Origin: a plasmid
Length of the DNA stretch: 64,000 nt
Strand: one strand, 5' to 3'
Sequence record: NZ_CP044080.1
In this document: piece by piece, positions 29,276-39,724 of the stretch
Layout: each line of letters starts with the position of its first letter
How positions within the stretch are numbered: position 1 is the first letter of the stretch
The notes under the pieces: generated by a model
The model's database searches: none
What the model saw: only the letters and a program-made list of their open reading frames with translations
What the model was told of the DNA's origin: nothing
Position numbers and translations under genes: made by a program

Positions 29276-30398
29276 GGCTTTCCCCTTGCAACTGGACCGG
29301 ACGACCGCCCGAGGCGGCCATGGCATGGATGACGCGTTCGATGGCCAGACCCGCCGCAAAATCGGGCCCGCAGGCCGGCCCCCCGGCGATGGCCGACACC
29401 AGGTCGCGGGCCTCGATCACCTTCTGTTCGTTGAAGCCGAAGTTGTGGCCCGCGGCCGGGCAGAAGGCGGCGAAATCGGGCTGCTCGGGCCCGGTCAGAT
29501 GGCGGGTGAAGCCCGCCTCTCCCGCGCGATACAGCCAAAGCTCGTTCATGCTCTCCTGGTCAAAGACCAGCGTGCCGTCCGATCCGTGAACTTCCCATTG
29601 CAGCCGGCACTTGCGCCCATGCGCCACGCGCGAGGCGGCAAAGGACCCCTGCGCGCCGCTGGCAAAGCGGACCAGAGCCAGCGCGCTGTCCTCGTTCTCG
29701 ACCGGCTTCGGGCCCTCGGGCGAAGGCCGGGTCGGGATCGCGATCTGGGTCAGGGCGGTCACCTCGGCCACCGGTCCCATCAGCGCGACCATCTGGCTGA
29801 CCAGATGGCAGCCGATGTCGCCAAGCGCGCCAAGCCCGCCTTCGGCATGGGTCAGCCGCCAGGACCAGGGCAGGGCCGGGTCCGCCGAGTAATCCTCGTC
29901 ATAGGTGCCGCGAAACGCCTTGGGCGTGCCGATGGCCCCCGACCCGATCAGCCGCACCGCTGCCTGGAAGGCCGGAGAGCGCAGGTAGTTATAGCCCAGG
30001 ATCGTGACCTGGCCCGGATGCGCGGCGGCCAGCCGCGCCATGGCCTCGGCATCGGCCAGCGTCAAGGCCATCGGCTTTTCCAGCCAGACATGCTTGCCCG
30101 CGCGCAGCGCCGCTTCGGCCATCGGGCGGTGCATGCCGTTCGGCGTGGTGATGGACACCACGTCCACGGCCGGGTCCGCCACCGCCGCGCGCCAGTCGTC
30201 GGTGGCGCGGGCAAAGCCGAACTGCCCGGCAAAGGCCTGGGCGCGGTCCAGGGGCGTGTCGCACAGCACCTCCAGCCGGGGATGCGCGCCGCCGAAGGTC
30301 GCGGCCACGGTCCGCCAGGCCAGCGCGTGGCATTTCCCCATGAAGCCGGTGCCGATCAGGGCAACGCCAAGCGGGGTCTGGGGCATGGGATGGGTCAT
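29259..30398 (-). CDS. Gfo/Idh/MocA-family oxidoreductase (inositol dehydrogenase-like)
   Basis: ATG at 30398, or alternatively 30386. It carries the Rossmann motif [15 protein letters not shown] and the EKP motif (VWLEKPMA). Confidence 0.7.
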   Translation of the reverse strand: MTHPMPQTPLGVALIGTGFMGKCHALAWRTVAATFGGAHPRLEVLCDTPLDRAQAFAGQFGFARATDDWRAAVADPAVDVVSITTPNGMHRPMAEAALRAGKHVWLEKPMALTLADAEAMARLAAAHPGQVTILGYNYLRSPAFQAAVRLIGSGAIGTPKAFRGTYDEDYSADPALPWSWRLTHAEGGLGALGDIGCHLVSQMVALMGPVAEVTALTQIAIPTRPSPEGPKPVENEDSALALVRFASGAQGSFAASRVAHGRKCRLQWEVHGSDGTLVFDQESMNELWLYRAGEAGFTRHLTGPEQPDFAAFCPAAGHNFGFNEQKVIEARDLVSAIAGGPACGPDFAAGLAIERVIHAMAASGGRPVQLQGESHDEAA

Positions 30399-30441
30399 GT
30401 CGGGCTCCGGGACGGGGCGCGGTTCCGGCCGCGCCCGGATG

Positions 30442-31227
30442 TCAAAGGGTGGCGCGGATATGGCCGATGCTGTCGGCCAGCGCGGCCTGCGGATCGGGAT
30501 GATCGTGCACTTCGGGGGCGAAGGGCTCGAAGCTGTAGGGCCCGGCATAGCCCGCGTTCCGCAGCGCGCGGATCTGGGGCAGGTTCTCCAGCCGGTCGGC
30601 GCCGTCGACCAGCACACGATGGGGGTCCAGCATGGCCTCGACCGCCACGTCGGGGTCGGTCACGCCCGAGATGTGGACCAGGCCCGTCCAGTCCGCAAAG
30701 ACCTCGGTTTCCCCGGCCAGATGGTGATGGAAGGTGTCATGGACCAGCCTGTAGGTCCCTTCGCCCCCCGCCGCCCGGATGGCGCGGATCGCCTCGGCCT
30801 TGCTGCGCAGGGACGAGACCGGAAAGCCCAGCGGCTCGACCAGCCCGGTCAGTCCGCGCTGCTCCAGGATCGGGCGCATGGCCGTCAGCGCCGCGACCAG
30901 ATCGTCGAAGGCGACGGGGCTGCCGTCGTTCAGCGGGCACATGACCAGCGCCCTGGCCCCGCAGGCGCTGGCGTAATCGGCCATCGCCTCGGCCCGCGCC
31001 GGAAGGTCGCCCGACCAGACGTTGAAGGGATAAAGCGCGTTGATCGAGATGATCGTGACGCCCGCCCGTTCGGCGGCGGCCTTCACCTCGGCGGGCGACC
31101 GGCTGCCCAGGACGTCGGGCAGGTCGTTCCTGATCTCGACCTCGGTCGCGCCAAGCGCGCGGGCCATGGCAAAGAAATCCTCGAGCGACAGCTTCGGCGC
31201 GGCGATATGGTTCATGGCAAAGCGCAT
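30442..31227 (-). CDS. Sugar phosphate isomerase/epimerase (xylose-isomerase-like TIM barrel, IolI-like)
   Basis: ATG at 31227 with GAGGT 6 nt upstream. [35 protein letters not shown]. Confidence 0.65.
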   Translation of the reverse strand: MRFAMNHIAAPKLSLEDFFAMARALGATEVEIRNDLPDVLGSRSPAEVKAAAERAGVTIISINALYPFNVWSGDLPARAEAMADYASACGARALVMCPLNDGSPVAFDDLVAALTAMRPILEQRGLTGLVEPLGFPVSSLRSKAEAIRAIRAAGGEGTYRLVHDTFHHHLAGETEVFADWTGLVHISGVTDPDVAVEAMLDPHRVLVDGADRLENLPQIRALRNAGYAGPYSFEPFAPEVHDHPDPQAALADSIGHIRATL

Positions 31228-31235
31228 GATGGACC

Positions 31236-32246
31236 TCAGGCGTAAAGGGCGGGACGGTCGGGATAGGTGATGGCCACCGCCTCGCCTTCGGATTCCTGCG
31301 CCTTGACGCAGGCGTCCGAGGCGACGGCCGCCATGTAGCCGTCCCACGAGGTCGGACCGGCGGCGGTGCCCTGCGCGGCGGCCTTCAGGAAGTCCTGCAG
31401 CTCGACGTCATAGGAGGCGACGAAACGATCCTTCCAGTCGGTCAGGATGTCGTTTTGCAGCCTCGCGTCCAGCCGGGTTTGGATCGCCATCGGCTCGGGC
31501 AGGCGGGCCACGCCGTCCTCGCCCACGACCTCGCACTGGATGTCATAGCCGTAATGGCAGTTCACGAAGATCTCGGTGTCGATGACCACGCCCCTGGCGG
31601 TGGTCAGCGTCACGATCTGCGGATCGCGCAGCTTGGCGTGGCTGCGGGCGCAGGTGCGCGGGAAGGTGACGCGGGCCGAGACATAGTCGTCGTCCAGAAG
31701 CCAGCGGAACACGTCGATCTCGTGGATCAGGGTGTCGTGGATCGCCATCGGCGTGGTATAGGCCTCGGGCACCGTGGGGTTCCTGTGCGCGGCATGGACC
31801 ATGATCGGTGCGCCGATGCGGCCGTCCACCACCTGCTTCAGCGCAGCGTAGCCCTGGTCATAGCGGCGCATGAAGCCGACCTGGACCAGGCGCGTGCCAT
31901 GGGCGACCTCGGCATCGACGATGCGCTTGGCGCCCTCGGCGGTCGTCGCCAGCGGCTTTTCGCAAAAGCAGGGCTTGCCGGCAGCGATGGCGGCCAGCAC
32001 GTATTCCTCGTGCGTGGCGCCCCAGGAGGTGACCAGCACCGCGTCCACGTCGGGGCTGGCGATCAGTTCCTGCCCGGTGGCGTAAACGATCGCGTCGGGG
32101 GCGATCTCAGCCTTGACGGCCTCGGCCGAGGCGCGGTTCAGGTCCGACAGCGCGGTGATGGTGCCGCCCGACAGCACCTGGTTGATGCGGCGGGCGTGAT
32201 CGCGGCCGATGGCTCCGGTGCCGATGACACCAATTCTGACGGTCAT
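31236..32246 (-). CDS. iolG: Myo-inositol 2-dehydrogenase IolG (Gfo/Idh/MocA)
   Basis: ATG at 32246 ([22 protein letters not shown]...). EKPLA motif CEKPLATT. About 336 aa. Confidence 0.8.
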   Translation of the reverse strand: MTVRIGVIGTGAIGRDHARRINQVLSGGTITALSDLNRASAEAVKAEIAPDAIVYATGQELIASPDVDAVLVTSWGATHEEYVLAAIAAGKPCFCEKPLATTAEGAKRIVDAEVAHGTRLVQVGFMRRYDQGYAALKQVVDGRIGAPIMVHAAHRNPTVPEAYTTPMAIHDTLIHEIDVFRWLLDDDYVSARVTFPRTCARSHAKLRDPQIVTLTTARGVVIDTEIFVNCHYGYDIQCEVVGEDGVARLPEPMAIQTRLDARLQNDILTDWKDRFVASYDVELQDFLKAAAQGTAAGPTSWDGYMAAVASDACVKAQESEGEAVAITYPDRPALYA

Positions 32247-32257
32247 GGTCTTGGACC

Positions 32258-33154
32258 TCATTTCCAGTATTTTGCGACGTAGTCTTTGGTTTGCTTCAGG
32301 ACGGACCTTGCGCTGTCCTCGGCGCGGTCTTCCCAGGCGAAGACGCAGTTCGACAGCACGCCGTCGAAGTTCATGTCGGCGAGGGTCGCGAAGAACGTGT
32401 CCCAGTCGATCTCGCCCTGGCCCAGGTCCAGGTGCTGGTGCACGCGCACCTTCGCGCCCGGCGGGTTGACGATATAGCGCAGCTGCGACGACTTGGTGTG
32501 GTCGTAGGTGTCGGCCAGCCGGACGTGTTCCAGAAGGCCTTCCGTCGCGCGCAGGTTCGCCACCATGTCGGGGCCGTAGAAGAACGTGTGCGGCGCGATG
32601 AAGGACGCCCGCACCATGGGCGAGTTGATCGTCCGGATGATATCCATCGCCGGGGCGATTTCCTCCAGCCAGTCCTCGGGGTGGGCCTCCAGCGACAGCT
32701 TGATGCCCTCGCGCTCCAGGATCGGGACCAGCACATCCATGGCGCGAAAGAAGGCGCCCTCGCAGGTCTCGGGCCGGTGCAGGCCCGAGCGGTCGTTCAG
32801 GCTGCGGTCGGGGCTGCCGCCGCGGCCGAATTCGCTGACGAACAGCGGGCATTCCAGCTCGACCGCGAACTCGATGGCGCGCTTCCAGTTGTCGATCGCC
32901 ACCTCCCATTCATCAGGGTATGGGCTGGCCCAGCGATACATCGGCTGCAGCGAGGCCAGGCCCACGTTGTTGTCACGCAGCGCGCGTTTGAAGCTCTTGA
33001 TGCGCTCGGGGTAAAGCTTGGGGCGCGTCCACCAGGACAGGAAGTCGGGGCGCGGCGACATCTCGATATGGTCATAGCCAAGCTCGGCCACCTTGCGGAC
33101 GGTATCCTCCAGCGACAGGTGGCGGATCATGTGCGGGTCAAGCGTGTGTTTCAT
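32258..33154 (-). CDS. Sugar phosphate isomerase/epimerase (TIM barrel, IolH-like)
   Basis: ATG at 33154 ([32 protein letters not shown]...). The ORF track starts at a TTG at 33190. Confidence 0.65.
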   Translation of the reverse strand: MKHTLDPHMIRHLSLEDTVRKVAELGYDHIEMSPRPDFLSWWTRPKLYPERIKSFKRALRDNNVGLASLQPMYRWASPYPDEWEVAIDNWKRAIEFAVELECPLFVSEFGRGGSPDRSLNDRSGLHRPETCEGAFFRAMDVLVPILEREGIKLSLEAHPEDWLEEIAPAMDIIRTINSPMVRASFIAPHTFFYGPDMVANLRATEGLLEHVRLADTYDHTKSSQLRYIVNPPGAKVRVHQHLDLGQGEIDWDTFFATLADMNFDGVLSNCVFAWEDRAEDSARSVLKQTKDYVAKYWK

Positions 33155-33238
33155 GGGGATTGCTCTGGTTTTCTGGACAAGCGGGGACAACCCGGTGGCC
33201 CGGCTGCTGCGGTGACGGGACGCGCGCGGGGGTGCGCG

Positions 33239-34255
33239 TCAGCTTTTCCTGCGTTTTTTCTGCCTGTAGGTGTCGGCGACGACGGCGGCGACGATGATGA
33301 CGCCCTTGATCATCTCCTGGTAATAGGCGTCGAGCCTGAGGAAGGTGAACCCCGAGATGATGACCCCGAAGATCACCATGCCGATGGCCGTCCCCAGGAT
33401 CGAGCCGCGCCCGCCGTTCAGCGACACGCCCCCGATCACCGCCATGGCGATGGCGTCCAGTTCATAGGCAAGGCCCATGCCGGCCTGCGCGGTCTGGCCG
33501 CGGGCGGCGACCACCATGCCCGCCAGCGCCGCCAGCATCGCCGCGATGACATAGACCTTGACCAGGTGGCGTTCGACATTGATGCCCGAGACGCGCGCGG
33601 CCTGCGCATTGGCGCCGATGGCATAGGTGAACTTGCCGTAGCGGGTGTATTTCATGGCGACGTGGAAGATCAGCGCCACGGCGATGAAGATCACCACCGG
33701 CATCATGCCCTTGCCGATGGCGGCAAAGCCCTCGGTCGGAAAGCTGATCGGCTGGCCCTTGGTGTACCACTTGGCAAAGCCGCGCACCGTGACCATGGTG
33801 CCCAGCGTCGCAATGAAGGGCGGGATCCTGGTATAGGCGATCAGCCAGCCGTTGATGAGGCCGACGACCGCCCCGCAGCCCAGCCCGATCAGGATCGGCA
33901 CGATGGCCGGCAGGTCGGTCAGCCCGGGATAGATCGCGCGGGCATAGCTCGATGCCTGGGCGAACGACATCGCGACCATCGCCACCGCCCCCACCACGGA
34001 GCCCGACGACAGGTCGATCCCGCCCGAGATGATGACCTGCGTCACGCCGACCGCGATGATGCCGATGACCGAGACCTGCAGGATCATGATCTTGACCCGG
34101 TTCAGCGAGAACAGGAACGACTGCCCCTGAAAGACCCAGCCCAGGATCTCGAAGACCAGCGCGATGCCCACCAGGACGATCAGGATGTTGACCTCGGCGG
34201 GCAGGCGGCGGTGGGACCGCGCGCGGGCGGGCACGGTAACGTCTTGGGTGCTCAT
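33239..34255 (-). CDS. Sugar (inositol) ABC transporter permease, RbsC-like
   Basis: ATG at 34255. Multi-pass hydrophobic protein with the typical ribose-type permease organisation. Confidence 0.8.
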   Translation of the reverse strand: MSTQDVTVPARARSHRRLPAEVNILIVLVGIALVFEILGWVFQGQSFLFSLNRVKIMILQVSVIGIIAVGVTQVIISGGIDLSSGSVVGAVAMVAMSFAQASSYARAIYPGLTDLPAIVPILIGLGCGAVVGLINGWLIAYTRIPPFIATLGTMVTVRGFAKWYTKGQPISFPTEGFAAIGKGMMPVVIFIAVALIFHVAMKYTRYGKFTYAIGANAQAARVSGINVERHLVKVYVIAAMLAALAGMVVAARGQTAQAGMGLAYELDAIAMAVIGGVSLNGGRGSILGTAIGMVIFGVIISGFTFLRLDAYYQEMIKGVIIVAAVVADTYRQKKRRKS

Positions 34256-34273
34256 GAATTTCCCCCCTTGGGT

Positions 34274-35812
34274 TTACTTGGCCGCCAGTTCCATGACGCG
34301 CACCTGGTCGGCCTCGGCCCGGTCCAGGAAGCCCGAGACATGGCCTTCGTGCATCACCATGATGCGGTCGGACATGCCCAGCACCTCGGGCAGTTCCGAG
34401 GAGATCATCAGGACGGCGACCCCCTGGCCCGCAAGCTGCGTGATCAGGCGGTGGATTTCGGATTTCGCGCCCACGTCGATGCCGCGGGTGGGTTCATCAA
34501 GGATCAGGATGCGTGGCCGGGTCAGCAGCCAGCGCGCGATCAAGAGCTTCTGCTGGTTGCCGCCGCTGAGGTTCTCGACCGTCTCGTGCAGGTTCGGCGT
34601 CTTGACGCGCAGCTTCTGGGCCATGTCCTCGGCCAGCGCGGTCACCGTCTTCTGGTCGATGAAGCCCGCCTTGACATGGTCGCGGGTGATCAGCGCCGAC
34701 TGGATGTTTTCCAGGCAGTCGAGGATCAGGAAACAGCCGGTCTCCTTGCGGTCCTCGGTCAGGAAGGCCAGGCCGTGGTCCATCGCGACCTTGGGGCTGG
34801 TGATCTGGACGGGCTTGCCGTCGATCAGGATCTCGCCCGAGGCGGCGGGACGGACGCCGAAGATCGCCTCGGCCACGTTCGAGCGCTTGGACCCGACCAG
34901 CCCCGCCAGCCCCAGGATCTCGCCCTTGCGCAGGGTGAAGCTGATGTCATGAAAGACGCCGGGCAGGGTCAGGCCCCTCGCCTCCAGCACCGTCTCGCCA
35001 ATCTCGCAGTCGACTTTCGGGAACATGTCGGTGATCTCGCGCCCGACCATCATGCGGATGATGTCGTCGCGGGTCACGTCGCTGGCATTGTGGGTGCCGA
35101 CATACTTGCCGTCGCGGAACACGGTGAATTCGTCCGCGATCTCGAACAGCTCGTTCATCTTGTGGGTGATGTAGACGATGCCCACACCGCGCGCGCGCAG
35201 GTCGCGGATGATGGTGAACAGGTGCTCGACCTCGGATTCGGTGATCGCGCTGGTCGGCTCGTCCATGATCAGCACGTCGGAATTGTGGCTGACGGCCTTG
35301 GCGATCTCGACCATCTGCTTTTGCGCCACGGTCAGGTCGCCCACCATCGCCGCCGGGTCCAGCCGGATGTTCAGCCGGTCGAACAGCTCCTGGGTCTGGC
35401 GGTTCATCCGGCCGTGGTCGACCAGGCCGAAGGCGCCTCTGGGCTCGCGCCGGATCCAGATGTTTTCGGCCACCGTCATGGAGTTCATCAACAGCAGTTC
35501 CTGGTGGATCATCGAGATGCCCTGTTCCAGCGCATCCAGCGGCGATTTCAGCGTCACCGGCTGGCCGTGCAGGCGGATTTCGCCGGCGTCGGGCTGGTAG
35601 ATGCCGGCGATGATCTTCATCAGCGTCGACTTGCCGGCGCCGTTCTCGCCCATCAGGGCATGCACGGTGCCGGGCCGGACGCGCAGCTGCACGTCGTCCA
35701 GCGCCAGAACGCCCGGAAACTCCTTGCGGATGCCGCGGATCGACAGGACGCCCTCATGCGCGATGCCCTGCTTGACGCGACTTATCGCCGCCTGTGTCGT
35801 GGCGCTGACCAT
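34274..35812 (-). CDS. Sugar ABC transporter ATP-binding protein, duplicated ATPase domains
   Basis: ATG at 35812. Walker [10 protein letters not shown], signature [14 protein letters not shown], and a second nucleotide-binding domain. Confidence 0.85.
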   Translation of the reverse strand: MVSATTQAAISRVKQGIAHEGVLSIRGIRKEFPGVLALDDVQLRVRPGTVHALMGENGAGKSTLMKIIAGIYQPDAGEIRLHGQPVTLKSPLDALEQGISMIHQELLLMNSMTVAENIWIRREPRGAFGLVDHGRMNRQTQELFDRLNIRLDPAAMVGDLTVAQKQMVEIAKAVSHNSDVLIMDEPTSAITESEVEHLFTIIRDLRARGVGIVYITHKMNELFEIADEFTVFRDGKYVGTHNASDVTRDDIIRMMVGREITDMFPKVDCEIGETVLEARGLTLPGVFHDISFTLRKGEILGLAGLVGSKRSNVAEAIFGVRPAASGEILIDGKPVQITSPKVAMDHGLAFLTEDRKETGCFLILDCLENIQSALITRDHVKAGFIDQKTVTALAEDMAQKLRVKTPNLHETVENLSGGNQQKLLIARWLLTRPRILILDEPTRGIDVGAKSEIHRLITQLAGQGVAVLMISSELPEVLGMSDRIMVMHEGHVSGFLDRAEADQVRVMELAAK

Positions 35813-35876
35813 CTCGGCCCCTTTCCTCTTCGGCTTGCTGCGGTCGCAGGGGGCGCGAAGGCCCCCCGCGCGGGCC

Positions 35877-36822
35877 TCAGTTCTTGGCCTGGTAGTCGGC
35901 CAGGTTCGCCGGCGTCACCAGTTCGAAGGGCACGAAGTTGTTCTTCTCGACCGCCTCGCCCCGCGCCAGCTTCAGCGCGGCGTCGACGGCGCCCTGGCCC
36001 TGGCCGGCGGCGTTCTGGAACACGGTCACGTCCAGATCGCCCGCCTCCATCGCGGCCAGCGCGTCCTGGGTCGCGTCGATGCCGGCGACGATCACGTCCT
36101 TCATGTCGCGGCCCGCGCCCTTCAGCGCCTGGATCGCGCCGATGGCCATTTCGTCGTTGTTCGAGATCACGGCGTCGAACTCCAGCCCGGCGGTGATCCA
36201 GTTGGTCATCAGGTCCGCGCCTTGTGTGCGCGACCAGTTCGCGGTCTGCTCCTCGACGATCTGCATGAAGCTGCAATCGGGGGTCGCGATCACGTCCTTG
36301 ATGTCCTGGGTGCGCTGGCGGGCCGCCTGGTTCGACAACTCGCCCATCATCACCACGACCTTGGCCTCGGTCTTGCCGGCCTCTTTCAGCAGGCGGCAGA
36401 CCTCCTGCGTCTCCAGCGTCCCCGATTCGCGTTCGTCCGAGGCGACGAAGGCCTGCTTCTCGGGAAGGCTGTCCAGGTTCACCGGCTGGCGGTTGACATA
36501 GACCAGCGGGATGCCGGCATCCGCGGCGGCCTGGGACATGGCGACGGTGGCGTCGGTGTCGACCGGGTTCACGATGATCGCGTCCACGCCCGAGGCGACG
36601 AAGTTCTGGATCTGGTTCAGCTGCTTGCCGACGTCGTTCTGCGCATCCTCGATCTGCAGGGTCACGCCGTCCTGGGCGGCGGCGTAATCGCTCATGCCAT
36701 TGCGCAGCACGGTCAGGAAGTTGTCGTCGAACAGCGCCATCGAGACGCCGATGTTTTCGGCATGGGCGACCGACCCCATCAGCGCCGTCGTCAGGGCGCC
36801 CGCCATCACGAATGTCTTCATG
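35877..36822 (-). CDS. Periplasmic sugar (inositol)-binding protein of the ABC transporter
   Basis: ATG at 36822 with a GGAGGAAAG RBS. Signal peptide [21 protein letters not shown]. Periplasmic-binding-protein type I fold. Confidence 0.8.
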
Positions 36823-37010
36823 TCTTTCCTCCGCTTGCGGCGTCCGGCACGCCATTTTTTGCGCAGAAGGCACCGGGCAACCGGAAACGGGTCCCGGTCG
36901 CCGATCCGTTCCGGCCGGCTTTGGCTGGGGGGCGCCTCTCCTCTGCGTTCCACCCGCCGCAAGTCTTGGGTCAGGACGCGATTCCGGTCAATCAAGGAAA
37001 TCGCAGGTTT

Positions 37011-37038
37011 CCATCATTCATGATAGAAAATCATCAGG
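37011..37038. promoter_or_regulatory. Operator-like motif 1: CCATCATT-CATGATAGAA-AAT-CATCAGG, overlapping the palindrome CATCAGgtatCTGATG
   Basis: It is nearly identical to a second site at 38117..38143, immediately upstream of the LacI-family regulator gene. It lies ~190 bp upstream of the ABC transporter operon. Confidence 0.35.
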
Positions 37039-37055
37039 TATCTGATGGGAAACCA

Positions 37056-38084
37056 TCAGATGCTTTCCGGGGTCAGCAGATAGGGCGCGACAAAGCGCTG
37101 ACCGGGGTTTTCCGCCATGCCCTGTTCGATGGTGTGCACCACCGTCGCCATCAGGTCGGCGCACAACTCCTTCAGCGGCGTCTGGAACACGCCGCTGATG
37201 CAGCGCTCCAGCAGCGCCTGGCGCGATTCCGGGGTCAGTTCATGGACCAGGCAGGCAATGCGCTCGCCCGCGCCGGCCTCGCGCAGGGCGGCGATGGCGC
37301 CCTCCATGCCGCCGCCGGCGCAATAGACGCCCACCAGGTCCGGATGGCGGGCCATGACCCCCAGCAGCGCCTCGTGCGTCAACTGCCGGGTTTCCAGATT
37401 AACCACCGCGTCCAGCACCTCGAACCGGGGGGCGCATTCGCGGATATAGGCGCGAAACCCCGCCTCGCGCAGCGCATGGCCGTGATAGCGATGGCCGCCG
37501 ACGAACAGCGCGATCTTGCCCTGCCGCTCGGCCAGCTTAGAGATCAGCCAGGCGGCGGTACGGCCTACCTTCATGTTATTGGTGCCGAAATAACCCTCGC
37601 GTTCGCCCTGCGCAAAGTCGGACAGCAGCGAAAAGGTAGGGATGCCCCGCCCCCGCAGGACCGAGACGGCGTTGGTCACGTCGTGATGGTCCAGCCCCGT
37701 CGCCGCCACCGCCTGCACCTTGCCCGAGGCCTGCAGCAGCAGGTCGGCGACCTCGGCCGGTTCCGAGGACCGCGCATAGCGGATCGACACGCGGATGCGG
37801 CGGTCGCGCACGTCCGCCGCCGCCTGCATCAGCTTGGCGGCAAAGCTTTGGTAAAAGGCGTGGCGTTCCTTTTGCAGAACGATGGCCAGGTGATATTCCG
37901 GCACGTCCGCCAGCAGCCTTTGCCGGATCACGTTGGCCGCGTGATAGCCGATGCGCTCGGCCGCCTCGGACACCTTGCGGGCGGTTTCCTCGCGCACCTT
38001 CAGGCGCCCGTTCAGCACCCGGTCGACGGTCGCGACGCTGACCCCGGCGGCCTCGGCAAGGTCGGTGATGGTCGGCCGTTTCAT
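37056..38084 (-). CDS. LacI-family transcriptional regulator, probable inositol-cluster repressor
   Basis: ATG at 38084 with an AAGGAG RBS 6 nt upstream. The N-terminal HTH MKRPTITDLAEAAGVSVATVDRVLNG is classic LacI. The C-terminus has a periplasmic-binding-protein-like effector domain. Confidence 0.8.
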   Translation of the reverse strand: MKRPTITDLAEAAGVSVATVDRVLNGRLKVREETARKVSEAAERIGYHAANVIRQRLLADVPEYHLAIVLQKERHAFYQSFAAKLMQAAADVRDRRIRVSIRYARSSEPAEVADLLLQASGKVQAVAATGLDHHDVTNAVSVLRGRGIPTFSLLSDFAQGEREGYFGTNNMKVGRTAAWLISKLAERQGKIALFVGGHRYHGHALREAGFRAYIRECAPRFEVLDAVVNLETRQLTHEALLGVMARHPDLVGVYCAGGGMEGAIAALREAGAGERIACLVHELTPESRQALLERCISGVFQTPLKELCADLMATVVHTIEQGMAENPGQRFVAPYLLTPESI

Positions 38085-38116
38085 GACATGCTCCTTGCGC
38101 AGGAAGGTGAGAGGAT

Positions 38117-38143
38117 CCATCAGCCATGATAGAACCCATCACC
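38117..38143. promoter_or_regulatory. Operator-like motif 2: CCATCAGC-CATGATAGAA-CC-CATCACC
   Basis: It sits 33-59 nt upstream of the LacI regulator ATG and matches motif 1 at 37011..37038 in the shared core CATGATAGAA..CATCA. Confidence 0.35.
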
Positions 38144-38179
38144 TCGGCAAGGAACCCCTCATTCCGCTGCCACCCCGCG

Positions 38180-38623
38180 TCAGGCGACAACCGACCGGGG
38201 CAGCGGAAAGACCCGGTCATAGGCCAGGTTGAAGAAGAAGGTATAGACCAGGTAAAAGGCCACGATCGCCAGGTCCATCAGCAGCGCCTGAAGCAGGCCG
38301 ATGCCCAGATACCAGGCGATCATCGGGATCAGCAGGACCAGCAGGCCCCCTTCGAACAGCAGGGTGTGCAGGATGCGCACGGCCAGCGATTTTCGCGGGC
38401 TGCCGGTCAGCCGCACCATGGCGCGGTCGAAGCCGATGTTGAAGACGAAGTTCCACAGCGTCGCCACCGTGGCCGACACCACGCCCACCACGCCCATGTG
38501 CCCGGCCGGCTGGTCGAAGACCACCGCCGCCAGCGGGATGAAGATGGCCAGCCCCAGCCCTTCGAACATCAGGGCGTGGCGGATACGGTCGGGAAGGCTG
38601 CGGGTCTGCATGATACGTCTCAT
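38180..38623 (-). CDS. PACE-family efflux transporter (AceI-like, two bacterial-transmembrane-pair domains, ~147 aa)
   Basis: ATG at 38623, with alternatives at 38611 or a TTG at 38653. RILHTLLFEGGLLVLLIPMIAWYLG and YTFFFNLAYDRVF match the conserved PACE/AceI motifs. Confidence 0.75.
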   Translation of the reverse strand: MRRIMQTRSLPDRIRHALMFEGLGLAIFIPLAAVVFDQPAGHMGVVGVVSATVATLWNFVFNIGFDRAMVRLTGSPRKSLAVRILHTLLFEGGLLVLLIPMIAWYLGIGLLQALLMDLAIVAFYLVYTFFFNLAYDRVFPLPRSVVA

Positions 38624-38695
38624 TCCTGTTTGCAGCGGGGTTTCTATCTGCAATCATGCGAAATGAAAGTTAGCTCGTATCTGGAAAGCAGATGG

Positions 38696-39589
38696 ATGCA
38701 GGTGTCCATTGAACAGCTCGAAGCCTTTGCCGCCGCCGCCGAGCAGGGCTCGTTCTCGGCGGCGGGGCGGGCCTTGGGCAAGGCGCAATCCGCCATCAGC
38801 ACCCAGGTCGCGAACCTGGAAATCGACCTCGGGGTCGAGCTTTTCGACCGCTCGGGCCGCAGCCCCGTGCTGACCGAGGCCGGCGCCCGCCTGCTGCCCG
38901 AGGCGCGGGTGATCCTGGACCGCCGCATCCACCTGATCGGCGTCGCCGCCAGCCTCGAGGCGCATGTCGAGAATCGGCTGGTCGTCGCCATCGACGAACT
39001 GTTCCCGGAACCGGCCGTGGGCGCGCTTTTTGCCGATTTCGCCGCCCGCTTTCCCCATGTCGAGCTGGAGCTGCTGTTTCCCATGATGCAGGACGTCAGC
39101 CGCCTGGTCCTGGACGGCAAGGCGGACCTCGGCGTCATGTGGCGGCAAGAGGTGCTGCCGGCCGAGCTGGATTTCCTGACGCTGGGCTGGGTGCCGCTGC
39201 AGCTGGTCTGCGGCCGCGACCACCCGCTGGCGACCGGGCCCGTCGGCTGGGAGGACCTGAAGCGCCACCGCCAGATCATGGTCGCCGGCCGCACCGAAGG
39301 GCCGGAAAAGCAGCGCCTGCGCGTCGCGGCCGAGGTCTGGTGGGTCGAAAGCCATTGGGTGATCCTGCAGATCCTGCGCCGGGGCCTGGGCTGGGCGCTG
39401 ATCCCGCGCCACATCATCGAGGATTCGCCGCTGGCGCCCGAACTCGCCACCCCGACGCTGGCCTTCGACCGGGGCGACCTGCCGGTGGCGCTGGAAATGG
39501 TCTGGCACAAGCAGCGCCCCTGCGGCCCGGCCGCCGCCTGGCTGCGCCGCAGGCTGGCGGCCGCCAAGATCGCCGAGATGACGCGCTAG
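38696..39589 (+). CDS. LysR-family transcriptional regulator, AceR-like, divergent from the PACE transporter
   Basis: ATG at 38696 (MQVSIEQLEAFAAAAEQGSFSAAGRALGKAQSAISTQVANLE...). An in-frame ATG 33 nt upstream, at 38663, is an alternative start. Confidence 0.8.
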   Translation: MQVSIEQLEAFAAAAEQGSFSAAGRALGKAQSAISTQVANLEIDLGVELFDRSGRSPVLTEAGARLLPEARVILDRRIHLIGVAASLEAHVENRLVVAIDELFPEPAVGALFADFAARFPHVELELLFPMMQDVSRLVLDGKADLGVMWRQEVLPAELDFLTLGWVPLQLVCGRDHPLATGPVGWEDLKRHRQIMVAGRTEGPEKQRLRVAAEVWWVESHWVILQILRRGLGWALIPRHIIEDSPLAPELATPTLAFDRGDLPVALEMVWHKQRPCGPAAAWLRRRLAAAKIAEMTR

Positions 39590-39724
39590 GGCCCGAATTC
39601 CGCCCCCGAGCGGGGATTTCGGCCGTGGCCCGGCGGGATCCTTGGCCTCGGGCCGATCTTGCGTTAACGTTTCCCGGCCAGCATCGCATGCCAGCCCCGA
39701 CCTTCGACCCGGAATCCGCGCGCG

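Noticed and set aside
32291-36196. 1301-aa plus-strand ORF spanning the iol isomerase, permease, ATPase and SBP region
   Set aside because: It is antisense to four well-supported genes. The composition is poly-D/G/R/H junk with no domains.
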